In this document: positions 1 to 9,339 of the stretch, piece after piece
Layout of the letters: each line of letters begins with the position of its first letter
Numbering within the stretch: the stretch's first letter is position 1
Assembly: GCA_016744065.1 (NCBI GenBank)
Contig: JADGFA010000021.1
Location: 4,174-68,173, forward strand
Length of the DNA stretch: 64,000 nt
Origin: Gammaproteobacteria bacterium
GTDB lineage: Bacteria > Pseudomonadota > Gammaproteobacteria > SZUA-229
Direction of reading: 5' to 3'
Notes under the pieces: model-generated
Told to the model about the DNA's origin: nothing
Database searches by the model: none
The model's input: only the letters and a program-made list of their open reading frames with translations
Translations under genes and position numbers: made by a program

Positions 1-111
1 TCCATCTGCATACACGCTTATTTCGACCAGTGCTGGTTTTACGATATCAGCCGCGCTATATTTTGCACCGAGCAGGGCTGATATCAGGTATAATGCGATT
101 GCAAATTGCAT
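1..111 (-). CDS. hypothetical exported protein, N-terminal part only (gene runs off the left edge)
   Basis: The minus-strand frame is open from ATG at 111 (alternative ATG at 153) down to base 1. The N-terminus MQFAIALYLISALLGAKYSAA looks like a signal peptide. No family recognised. Confidence 0.35.
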   Translation of the reverse strand, partial: MQFAIALYLISALLGAKYSAADIVKPALVEISVYADG

Positions 112-321
112 TTTGTGAATTGCATTATGAATTGAATGGATATTACTAAGCATTTGAAAAATCAGGAAATAATCTATATTATTAGGCTCACAATTATAAT
201 AAATTAAACGCTTATTACAATATAAATATAATCTCATTATTTCTACCAGGGACTGGAAAGCTTTTATTCAGCAAGACTTAATTTTGTTTTTATATAACCA
301 CCCATACTTACAGGTGAAACT

Positions 322-2262
322 ATGCCATTTTTAAATCGACGTACATTTTTGAAATTAATGGGTGCTACGGCTGCCTCAGTTGCTGTTCCGGCAATAATTA
401 GTTGTTCAGATAAATCCAGCTCATCAGCACCTGCTTCGGTAGCCAAACTTAATGCAATGCCAAAAGGTTTTTATGACTTACCTATAAAAGGTAATGTGCG
501 CATCATACATATTACAGATGTGCATGGTCAGTTAAATCCAGTTTATTTTAGAGAGCCAAATGTCAATCTGGGTGTGGGTGAAGCTTATGGTCGTCCACCG
601 CATATTGTCGGTAATAAATTACTGACAGCGATGGGTTTTAAACCTGCGACGCCCGAGTCATATGCCTATACTTATCTCGATTTTGAAAATGCGGCAAAGA
701 CTTATGGTAAGACAGGTGGTTTTGCTCATATAAAAACACTGGTTAGTAAGTTACGTGATCAGGCTGGTGGTAAGAGCAATACAATTACGATTGATGGTGG
801 TGATTTATGGCAGGGCTCAGGTACATCATTGTGGACACGTGGTGTCGATATGGTAGAGGCTTCAAATATCCTGGGGCTGGATGTAATGGTTGGCCACTGG
901 GAATTCACCTATAAAGAAGAAGAGGTACTGAGTAACGTTGCTTTATTTAAAGGTGATTTTATTGGTCAGAACGTACGGGTTAAAGATGATTCTATGTTTG
1001 GTGATGAGTACCCAACCATGGTTGAAAAATTTGATGGCAGTGGAATATATGATGAGGATACGGGACACGCTTTTCGTCCTTATGTCATTAAAGAAATTAA
1101 TGGTGCGCGTATCTGCATAATCGGACAGGCATTCCCAAGAACAGCTAATGCAAATCCCCAGGAATTTTTCCCTGACTGGTCATTTGGTTTGCGTGAAGAT
1201 GACATGATTGAGCTGGTAAAAAATATTAAAGCCGATGAAAAGCCCGATGCTATTGTGCTGCTATCTCATAATGGTATGGATGTAGATATAAAAATGGCAG
1301 AGCGGGTGCCAGGTTTAAACGCGGTGTTTGGTGGGCATACCCATGATGGTATTCCAAAACCAATAAAGGTTAAAAATGTAGATGGTAGTACCTGTCTGGT
1401 TACTAATGCGGGTTCTAACGGTAAATTTGTTGGTGTAATGGATTTTGATATTCAGGATGGCAAAGTTAAATCCATGGATTATAAAATGCTACCGGTTATT
1501 ACAGACTGGTTAGAAGCCGATAAAGAGATGCAGGCATATTTAGATCAGATGCGTAATACGGTTTATGATAAAAATATTGTTGAAAGTCGCGCACAGAAAT
1601 TTTTCTATAATGAAGGTCGTGTAGGCAAAACTTATAAAGAAATACTCGATGAAAAACTGGCGATTGCTGATCGTTTATTGTATCGCCGTGGTAACTTTAT
1701 GGGTACATGGGATCAGATTTTATGTAATGCCCTGCGCGAAGAGTACAGTGCAGATGTCGCTATGTCAGCAGGTGTGCGCTGGGGCACCACTACATTGAAA
1801 GGCGACTGGATCACCATGGAAGATGTAATGACCCAGTGTGCAATTACATATGGTGAAACCTATGTTAATGAAATGTCAGGGCGTGACTTAATGCGTATTC
1901 TGGAAGGTGTGGCGGATAACCTGTTTGATGTTGACCCATATTTACAGTCGGGTGGTGATATGGTGCGAGTTGGTGGTATGGATTATACGATTGATCCGTC
2001 CAAGCCTTTATATCAGCGCATCACGGATGCAAAACTGGATAATGGTCATTCAATTGAACCGGATCAGATGTATAAAGTAGCCGGTTGGGCAACAGTAAAT
2101 GAAGCCCCAGATGGTCGATTAATGTGGGATGTAGTTCATGACTATATTGTAAAAAATCGTGGTAAGGACAATGTATTGAAATTGCCAAAGATTAATCACC
2201 CTGTATTGGTCGGAATAAAAAATAACCCGGGTATTGCCGATTATCCTGGCAAAATAAGTTAG
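322..2262 (+). CDS. soxB: thiosulfohydrolase SoxB (Tat-exported metallophosphoesterase / 5'-nucleotidase family)
   Basis: 646-aa ORF with a twin-arginine leader (NRRTFLKLMGATAASVA). Metallophosphoesterase motifs HITDVHGQ, GGDLWQGS, GHWEFTY, SHNG and GGHTH are followed by a 5'-nucleotidase-type C-terminal domain. Confidence 0.8.
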   Translation: MPFLNRRTFLKLMGATAASVAVPAIISCSDKSSSSAPASVAKLNAMPKGFYDLPIKGNVRIIHITDVHGQLNPVYFREPNVNLGVGEAYGRPPHIVGNKLLTAMGFKPATPESYAYTYLDFENAAKTYGKTGGFAHIKTLVSKLRDQAGGKSNTITIDGGDLWQGSGTSLWTRGVDMVEASNILGLDVMVGHWEFTYKEEEVLSNVALFKGDFIGQNVRVKDDSMFGDEYPTMVEKFDGSGIYDEDTGHAFRPYVIKEINGARICIIGQAFPRTANANPQEFFPDWSFGLREDDMIELVKNIKADEKPDAIVLLSHNGMDVDIKMAERVPGLNAVFGGHTHDGIPKPIKVKNVDGSTCLVTNAGSNGKFVGVMDFDIQDGKVKSMDYKMLPVITDWLEADKEMQAYLDQMRNTVYDKNIVESRAQKFFYNEGRVGKTYKEILDEKLAIADRLLYRRGNFMGTWDQILCNALREEYSADVAMSAGVRWGTTTLKGDWITMEDVMTQCAITYGETYVNEMSGRDLMRILEGVADNLFDVDPYLQSGGDMVRVGGMDYTIDPSKPLYQRITDAKLDNGHSIEPDQMYKVAGWATVNEAPDGRLMWDVVHDYIVKNRGKDNVLKLPKINHPVLVGIKNNPGIADYPGKIS

Positions 2263-2284
2263 CTAATTTAGCTGCATAATAAAC

Positions 2285-2316
2285 AAAAAAAAGCACCTTT
2301 CAGGTGCTTTTTTTTT
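2285..2316. terminator. rho-independent terminator, bidirectional shape
   Basis: Stem GCACCT (2293-2298) / AGGTGC (2302-2307) with loop TTC, flanked by an A-run and a T-run. It lies directly after the soxB stop. Confidence 0.8.
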
Positions 2317-2493
2317 GTTTACATAAAAATATCAGGTAAAATACATAGGTCTAAATAATCTACCAAAGCACAATTTCTTCAGGTAGAATGCAGTTGAGTT
2401 GTATTTCAGGTTTAATTAAAAGCTAGATGCAATAAACTCGTTGTAAATGTGGTCCGGATGCTTATTGCAATAATAAGATAAAAGGAGTTCATT

Positions 2494-4863
2494 ATGTGCG
2501 TATCGTGTAAATTAACTTCAACTCTCTTTGTGATCAGGTTTCTTGCTTTAATATTTGTTTTATCGGCTTGCCAGGAAGAAAATGCGTCTGTAAATAAAGC
2601 GAATAAAACAGAGCAGATTAACGCTTCACAATCTAAAATATACAAACCCGATAATTCTGATTTTAAAGGTATTATTGCTAAAAACTATAAAAATTCCAGA
2701 GAATGGTGGCCGCAAGAAACCGTACCTATAAAAGATGCACCTAATGTCATTATTTTTTTACTGGATGATGTCGGATTTGCTCAGGTAGAAAGCTTTGGTG
2801 GTTTAATTAAAACACCTAATATTGATAAACTGGCCGCAGGTGGTTTGCGTTATAATAATTTTCATACCACTGCACTTTGCTCGCCTTCACGCGCTTCATT
2901 AATGGCTGGGCGTAACCCTCACTCAATTGGTTTAGGGAGTCATGCGTTAACCGCAATGGGATTCCCAGGTTATAACGCAATAATGCCTGCTTCGGCAAAA
3001 TCGGTTGCTAATTATCTGGGGGAGCACGGTTATATTAACTATGCATTGGGTAAGTGGGATCACACGCCTTTATATGAAGTATCGCAGGTAGGCCCATTTG
3101 ACCGCTGGCCCAGTGGTGAGGGCTTCCAGCATGCCTATACCTTTATGGCGGCAGATGTTCACCAGTTTGTTCCGGTTATGTGGAACGACCATACGCCTGA
3201 GCCCTATCGTAAATCAGAACATCTTGACAAAGATTTAGCCGATCGGGCAATAGAGTGGATTACCGGTCATAAATCCATTAAACCAGATTTACCCTTCATG
3301 ATGTTATGGGCTTCTGGTTCAATGCATTCTCCTCACCATGCGCCAAATGAATATCTGGATAAATACAAAGGTAAGTTTGATAAAGGCTGGGATCATGCCC
3401 GTGAAGAAATTTTAGCTAATCAGAAAAAACTGGGTATTATTCCCGCGGCAACTCAATTAACAGAACGAATTGATCAAATTCCAGCATGGGATACTTTGCC
3501 AGAAGTTGAAAGAAAGCTCTATGCCCGTCAAATGGAAGTGTTTGCAGCACAAATGGAATGGGTCGATCACCAGATCGGACGGGTTGTTAAAGAGTTGACG
3601 CGTATTGGTGAGCTAGATAATACACTGATTTTTGTAACAGCAGATAATGGTGCAAGTGGTGAGGGTGGCCTTGCAGGTACGTTTAATGAAACTTATGTTT
3701 TAAATGGCTTGCAAACACCGTTAGAAGCAAACCTGCGTCACCTGGGTGACTGGGGTAAGGCGAATACCTACCCTCATTATCATGCGGGTTGGGCAATGGC
3801 GGGTAATACGCCTTTCCGTTACTTTAAACAAAGTGAGCATCGTGGTGGTCAGCAGGATCATCTAGTTGTTCATTGGCCTGATGGTATTAAAGATAAAGGT
3901 ACTATTAGAAACCAGTACTCACACATTAGTGATATTGCACCAACCATCATGCAGGCAGCGGGTATTTCGGTGCCTGAAACCTATAATAGTATAGAGCAGC
4001 AACCGATGGACGGTAACTCTCTAATATATACATTTAATGACGCGACCGCAGAAAATCGCAAGCACCGTCAATACTATGAAATGTTTGGCAATCGTGCAAT
4101 CTGGGTTGATGGCTGGAAAGCGGTTACATTGCATGCAGAGCGTATGCCCTGGGAACTGAATAAAGTTGAGCCATTTGAGTTAGATAAATGGGCGCTTTAC
4201 CATGTGGCAGAAGATTTTTCTGAAAGTACAGATTTATCAGAAAAGTTTCCTGAAAAGCTAACGGAGCTTCAGGCCATCTTTGAAGAAGAGGCCTGGAAAT
4301 ATAATGTGTATCCGCTTTATGACGATATGATTCAACGCCTGGGTAAGCAACAAGACAGATTATTTGGTGACCAAAAAGATTTTATATACTTTGCACCGGG
4401 GGCAACACGTATTGCTGAAAAAGCATCGGCTCCAGTTAAAAATAGATCGCATATTATTACCACGATGATAAATTTAAAAGGAGATGAACAAGGTGTCATT
4501 GCGGCCGTGGGTGGAATGACGGGTGGGTATACTCTATTTATCCAGGATCATAGATTGCACTTTGACTATAATTTTCTTGATGGGGTGCATTACAATTTAC
4601 GTTCGGGTGTTTTACCGAAAGGTGTAACTGAGTTAAAGTTTGTTTTCACTAAAACTAAAGAGTTTGGTGGTGATGGTGAATTATATGTGAATGGTAAAAA
4701 AGCCGATGAAGTGCATATGCCACAAATGCATATTGCCACTTATTCCCTGGCGGAGACTTTTGATATTGGGCTGGATACAGGAACCCAGGTTTCACGCCTT
4801 TACACTGACCCTTACCCATTTACGGGTGAGTTAGATCGAGTGTTAATTCGTCTAACAAATTAA
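2494..4863 (+). CDS. arylsulfatase (formylglycine-dependent, Cys-type), probable lipoprotein
   Basis: 789-aa ORF with an AAGGAG RBS upstream of the ATG. Lipobox-like leader FVLSAC, sulfatase signature LCSPSRASLMAGR (C-x-P-x-R), DDVGF metal site, and a long C-terminal domain typical of ~780-aa arylsulfatases. Confidence 0.85.
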   Translation: MCVSCKLTSTLFVIRFLALIFVLSACQEENASVNKANKTEQINASQSKIYKPDNSDFKGIIAKNYKNSREWWPQETVPIKDAPNVIIFLLDDVGFAQVESFGGLIKTPNIDKLAAGGLRYNNFHTTALCSPSRASLMAGRNPHSIGLGSHALTAMGFPGYNAIMPASAKSVANYLGEHGYINYALGKWDHTPLYEVSQVGPFDRWPSGEGFQHAYTFMAADVHQFVPVMWNDHTPEPYRKSEHLDKDLADRAIEWITGHKSIKPDLPFMMLWASGSMHSPHHAPNEYLDKYKGKFDKGWDHAREEILANQKKLGIIPAATQLTERIDQIPAWDTLPEVERKLYARQMEVFAAQMEWVDHQIGRVVKELTRIGELDNTLIFVTADNGASGEGGLAGTFNETYVLNGLQTPLEANLRHLGDWGKANTYPHYHAGWAMAGNTPFRYFKQSEHRGGQQDHLVVHWPDGIKDKGTIRNQYSHISDIAPTIMQAAGISVPETYNSIEQQPMDGNSLIYTFNDATAENRKHRQYYEMFGNRAIWVDGWKAVTLHAERMPWELNKVEPFELDKWALYHVAEDFSESTDLSEKFPEKLTELQAIFEEEAWKYNVYPLYDDMIQRLGKQQDRLFGDQKDFIYFAPGATRIAEKASAPVKNRSHIITTMINLKGDEQGVIAAVGGMTGGYTLFIQDHRLHFDYNFLDGVHYNLRSGVLPKGVTELKFVFTKTKEFGGDGELYVNGKKADEVHMPQMHIATYSLAETFDIGLDTGTQVSRLYTDPYPFTGELDRVLIRLTN

Positions 4864-4941
4864 AAGTAATTATGTGGGGTGAACCCTGATTTCTCCTGCA
4901 TATACTATATTGTATATTAACGTGTATTTATAAAATTTACC

Positions 4942-7233
4942 GTGAATAAAATGACAGAAAAATTACTGTTTTTAGTTTTTTTTGGGTTATTAATTTTTTT
5001 CGTATCAGTTTCTTTAGCTAATGGTAGTGCTCAATTTGTGGGTAGTGCTCAATGTGTTGAGTGTCATCGGCAGCAAACGAAAGCATGGCAAGGTTCACAT
5101 CATGATCTGTCTATGCAACATGCAACCAGCAAAACGGTATTGGGTGATTTTAATCAACAGAAATTTAAATACAATAAAATAACTTCTCGTTTTTTTAAGC
5201 GAGAAGATCAATATTTTGTAAATACGGATGGGCCAAACGGAAAGCTGCAAGATTTTGAAATAAAATATACCTTTGGCTTTGAGCCCTTACAGCAGTACTT
5301 AATTGAATTGCCAGGAGGGCGTCTACAGGCATTGGGTATTGCCTGGGATTCACGATCTAAAAAGCAGGGTGGTCAGCGATGGTATCACCTTTATCCTGAT
5401 GAGAAAGTCACATATAAAGATCGTATTCACTGGACGGGTGCTGATCAGAACTGGAACTTTATGTGTGCAGATTGTCATTCTACCAATTTGCAAAAAAAAT
5501 ATAATATAGATAGTAATAGTTTTAAAACCAGCTGGTCAGAAATTGATGTCGCCTGTGAGGCCTGTCATGGCCCTGCGTCTATTCATATTGGTTGGGCTAA
5601 AAAAACCAGGGGATGGGAATCACAAAATAAAAATAAAGGTTTAGTTATAAATTTTGATGAGCGTTCAGGTGTAAGCTGGGCGCTGGACAAAAAAACAGGT
5701 AACTCGATCCGTAGCAATATCAGCTCAACGAATAAAGAAATAGATACCTGTGCTCGTTGCCATTCCAGGCGTAGTGTTATTAGTGAGAAGTATGCACATG
5801 ATAAACCTTTGCTGGATAATTACCAGCCAGCTCTGTTAAGTGAATTTTTATATCATCCTGATGGGCAGATTAAAGAAGAGGACTATGTTTATGGTTCATT
5901 TGTACAAAGCAAGATGTACCATAGCGGGGTGATCTGTAGTGATTGTCATGAACCGCATAGCTTAGAGTTGCGCTCAGAAGGAAATGGCGTGTGCCTGCAG
6001 TGTCATGCTGCTGAGAAATTTAATAAATCCTCTCATCATTTTCATAAACTGAATGGTAAAGGTGCTAGTTGTGTTGAATGTCATATGCCACAGACAATAT
6101 ATATGGGGGTAGATGGTCGACATGATCATAGTATTCGTATTCCTCGTCCCGATCTTTCATTAGTTATTAAAACGCCCAATGCCTGTAATCAATGCCATAA
6201 AGATAAAACGGCGTTCTGGGCAAATAAAAAAATGCAAAACAGGTATGGTAAAGACTGGGCTCCTGGATGGCATTTTGGAGAAACCTTATTCGAGGCACGA
6301 AACAATATGCCGGGAGCAGGCAGGGATGTCGCTGCTGTTGCAGCAGCATCCCGACTGCCTTCTATTGCGCGTGCAACAGCCGTTGAAATGCTACAGAGTT
6401 TTCCGGGTAAAGTTACTGGTCTAGTTATACAAAAATCATTAAAAGATAAAGATGATCTGGTTCGATTGTCTGCATTGCGTACATTAGATGTTGTTGATGT
6501 TTCAGCTCGTTTTCAGCTCGGCTTTCATTTGTTGTCCGATCCGTTTTTAGCTATACGTATAGAAGCAGCAAGAGTCATGTCTGTGCTGCCGTATACAATG
6601 TTGACATCACAACAGCAGAAAATTTTGAATCAGGCTATTGGTGAATATATTGATGCCCAGCTAGCTAATGCAGACAGGCCTGAAGCACATATTAATCTGG
6701 GGTTGATAAACCTTCGTCAGAAAAAATACTCTGTTGCAATTAAAAATTATCAGAAAGCTTTGAAAATAGATCCGGGTTTTGTGGCTGCATATATTAATCT
6801 GGCAGATTTATACCGAATACAACAGTTGGATGAAAAAGCATTAACAATGTTAAATCATGCGTTACAGAAATCATCTGCCAGTTCATCTGAGGCCGCAGAT
6901 GTGCATCATGCCTTAGGCTTACTGTATATTCGTAATAAACAAATGAAAAAATCGTTAAGTTCATTGTCGAAGGCAGCAAAGTTACAGCCAGGTAACCCAC
7001 GTTATATTTATGTCTATGCGGTTGCACTAAATAATGCAGGTAAAACGAGTCAATCGATTAAGTTACTAAAAAAATTACTTAAAGAGCAGCCAGGAAATAC
7101 AGACAGTATTGTGGCCCTGATTTCATTTTATAAGCAGCAAGGGGATATGCGATCTGCTCAGTTGTATGCTAAAAAAATATTAGAAATATGGCCGGATTAT
7201 GGCACAGTGGAAAATGTATTGAAGTTGTTATAG
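4942..7233 (+). CDS. octahaem c-type cytochrome fused to a C-terminal HEAT/TPR repeat region
   Basis: Signal peptide, then eight CxxCH motifs (CVECH, CADCH, CEACH, CARCH, CSDCH, CLQCH, CVECH, CNQCH) in the first ~430 aa. TPR-like repeats occupy the last ~250 aa. Start may be GTG 4942 or ATG 4951. Confidence 0.8.
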   Translation: MNKMTEKLLFLVFFGLLIFFVSVSLANGSAQFVGSAQCVECHRQQTKAWQGSHHDLSMQHATSKTVLGDFNQQKFKYNKITSRFFKREDQYFVNTDGPNGKLQDFEIKYTFGFEPLQQYLIELPGGRLQALGIAWDSRSKKQGGQRWYHLYPDEKVTYKDRIHWTGADQNWNFMCADCHSTNLQKKYNIDSNSFKTSWSEIDVACEACHGPASIHIGWAKKTRGWESQNKNKGLVINFDERSGVSWALDKKTGNSIRSNISSTNKEIDTCARCHSRRSVISEKYAHDKPLLDNYQPALLSEFLYHPDGQIKEEDYVYGSFVQSKMYHSGVICSDCHEPHSLELRSEGNGVCLQCHAAEKFNKSSHHFHKLNGKGASCVECHMPQTIYMGVDGRHDHSIRIPRPDLSLVIKTPNACNQCHKDKTAFWANKKMQNRYGKDWAPGWHFGETLFEARNNMPGAGRDVAAVAAASRLPSIARATAVEMLQSFPGKVTGLVIQKSLKDKDDLVRLSALRTLDVVDVSARFQLGFHLLSDPFLAIRIEAARVMSVLPYTMLTSQQQKILNQAIGEYIDAQLANADRPEAHINLGLINLRQKKYSVAIKNYQKALKIDPGFVAAYINLADLYRIQQLDEKALTMLNHALQKSSASSSEAADVHHALGLLYIRNKQMKKSLSSLSKAAKLQPGNPRYIYVYAVALNNAGKTSQSIKLLKKLLKEQPGNTDSIVALISFYKQQGDMRSAQLYAKKILEIWPDYGTVENVLKLL

Positions 7234-7384
7234 CTGGAGTAAGTGTCATGTGGTTTTTCGATGTGTCTTATTTAGTATTATAGCTAAGGGGCGATTGTAA
7301 AAAAAAGTTATCGCGCATTGGGCGTCTATATTTCTTATATGTTTTAAAAATGAGTTTCATATTGAACGCCCCCATTATTTTTAC

Positions 7385-7931
7385 GTGAAGGCATTATGCG
7401 CAAAGCCTCTGACTGGCGTATTGAGAAAATATTTTGGTGTAGGTGCAAAGTTAATCAGGGCTTATTTTTATCCTTGTATTTACCTTGATCATAAATTAAT
7501 TGCTAAAAAAGGCCTGAATAAAGCAGAGATAGAAAAAGTGCTTGCGCTTGAGCTAACAAAGCTTGATGGTGTTTTACTTGCTATATCGAGTTCGCAGTTA
7601 ACTGAAAACAGGTTGACAGATAATATGCTGACTCGTGCCATTATTAATAATTATAATGAAAAAACGTTCTGATGATATTTACCAGGTATTTGAGCCAAAT
7701 GTGTTTATAAATGATTTTGATGGTTTAACGGTGGCATCGAGCCATGGTTCACCCTGGAAGTATGATACTTATGTGCCGGTTATTTTTGCAGGAGCAGGGT
7801 TAGATGATAAAAAAGTCACTCGTCAAATATCCCCCTATGATATTGCTCCCACTATAGCTGCATATCTAAATATAAAGCCCCCATCGGGAGCAACCGGAAG
7901 TCTGCTTTCAGAGGTGCTAGTTGATAGATAG
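7385..7931 (+). pseudogene. remnant of an alkaline-phosphatase-superfamily phosphodiesterase/nucleotide pyrophosphatase (C-terminal ~170 aa only, frameshifted)
   Basis: Two adjacent ORFs (7385-7672 and 7635-7931) in different frames together read ...NNYNEK/RSDDIYQVFEPNVFI...SSHGSPWKYDTYVPVIFAGAG...DIAPTIAAYLNIKPPSG. That is the C-terminal end of this family. The frames join at an A6 run (7659-7664), and the N-terminal ~2/3 is absent. Confidence 0.6.
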
Positions 7932-7989
7932 CTGTATTTACAAGTCTATCTGGGGTATTAAATAGTTTCCTGTACGGTATAGGCAGTCT

Positions 7990-8262
7990 TTAGCTATCAG
8001 CACAATAAAAGCTGCATGACTGTTTGGCATTAGACAGGCACTTTTCCAGATCACCTATACATCTTCCACGGCATGATTCCAAATCAATTTTTTTTGAGTA
8101 TAAATTTGCCCGGCAAGTTGCATTACAGGTTTTATTTATTCGGCTACAGTCATATGTTTTTATGCATGATTTGCACCCTTCAGAATCGCTATCAGCAAAT
8201 ATGGCCTGTGAAATGCATATTAAAAACAGGGCTGTTAATGTTTTTATAATATTCCGGATCAT
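7990..8262 (-). CDS. small cysteine-rich secreted protein
   Basis: 90-aa ORF with a signal peptide (cleavage likely after IFA). The ~66-aa mature part carries 10 Cys. No family recognised. Confidence 0.5.
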   Translation of the reverse strand: MIRNIIKTLTALFLICISQAIFADSDSEGCKSCIKTYDCSRINKTCNATCRANLYSKKIDLESCRGRCIGDLEKCLSNAKQSCSFYCADS

Positions 8263-8411
8263 TATTATTTTCCATATTTTACGGATGTTATAGTCGGCTT
8301 TAAAATCATGAATATATAATAGTTCAATATTAAGCAGGTGCTAATAAAATTTCCTGATGTCTTCAGGCTAATCCTGTAAAATGCCTTAATGATCATTATA
8401 ATTAGACGTAA

Positions 8412-9116
8412 ATGAATTTTGATTCGCCTTTAATTAAAGGCAGATTAGTGAAACGTTATAAGCGTTTTCTGGCTGATATTATACTTGATGATGGTTCAGA
8501 AATTACCGCCCATTGTGCTAATACAGGTGCAATGACTGGTTGTATGCCTGAGGGAGCAAATGTCTGGTTAAGTATTTCTGATAACCCTGGGCGCAAATAT
8601 CCTCATAGTTGGCAGCTGGTTGAACTTGAATCCGATGTTATGGCCTGTATTAATACCGGTTTAACGAATAAAGTTGCACATGAAGCATTATTGAAGAATC
8701 AGATTACGGAACTGACTGGATTTGATAGTTGTCGTAGTGAGGTTCCTTATGGAGATGAGGGTAGCCGGGTTGATTTTGTTCTGAGTTTTGACAAACAACA
8801 GGTTTATGTTGAAGTGAAGCATGTTACTCTGAGCCTGAAAGAAGGTCAGGGGAGTTTTCCTGATGCCGTTACAAAACGGGGTCAAAAGCATTTGCGTGAA
8901 TTAATTCAACAGGTTAAATCAGGCGATAGGTCGGTTCTCCTGTTTATAATCATGCGTACTGATGTTAGTCTTATGATGCCGGCGGATTTAATTGATGCCG
9001 AATATGGACGACTGTTGAGAGAAGCCGTTAAGGAGGGGGTGGAAGTAATTGCATACGGGGTAAAAATAGATTTAAAGGGTTTGTCTGTTGACAGGGCTAT
9101 TCCCGTATTGCTTTAG
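8412..9116 (+). CDS. sfsA: sugar fermentation stimulation protein A family (SfsA)
   Basis: The N-terminus SPLIKGRLVKRYKRFLADIILDDGSEITAHCANTGAMTGC closely parallels E. coli SfsA. Length is 234 aa. Confidence 0.85.
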   Translation: MNFDSPLIKGRLVKRYKRFLADIILDDGSEITAHCANTGAMTGCMPEGANVWLSISDNPGRKYPHSWQLVELESDVMACINTGLTNKVAHEALLKNQITELTGFDSCRSEVPYGDEGSRVDFVLSFDKQQVYVEVKHVTLSLKEGQGSFPDAVTKRGQKHLRELIQQVKSGDRSVLLFIIMRTDVSLMMPADLIDAEYGRLLREAVKEGVEVIAYGVKIDLKGLSVDRAIPVLL

Positions 9117-9339
9117 GCGTAACGTCTGACATGTTATTAGAAAACGTTTTAAGGGTATGACGTCATACCAGAACCAGCCCACTATGGGGCATAAAGTCAC
9201 CAGTTATTTATAAAAGGTACTTTTTTATGGTTTTGCTTTGTATTTAATCCGAATGTTTTTAATAATTTGCCAGTTGGTTGCAGAAATATATTGATTAAAA
9301 AAATCAATTTTAATACATAATAAAAGTACCTCTTCAAAT

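Noticed and set aside
264-446. 60-aa minus-strand ORF overlapping the soxB start
   Set aside because: It lies antisense to the Tat leader of a strongly supported gene and has no RBS or recognisable motif. It is probably a shadow ORF.
9154-9169. 16-bp perfect palindrome GGTATGACGTCATACC between sfsA and lolC
   Set aside because: It is an isolated single site with a TGACGTCA core, and I saw no partner sites or obvious regulator. It could be a binding site, but there is nothing to support a call.
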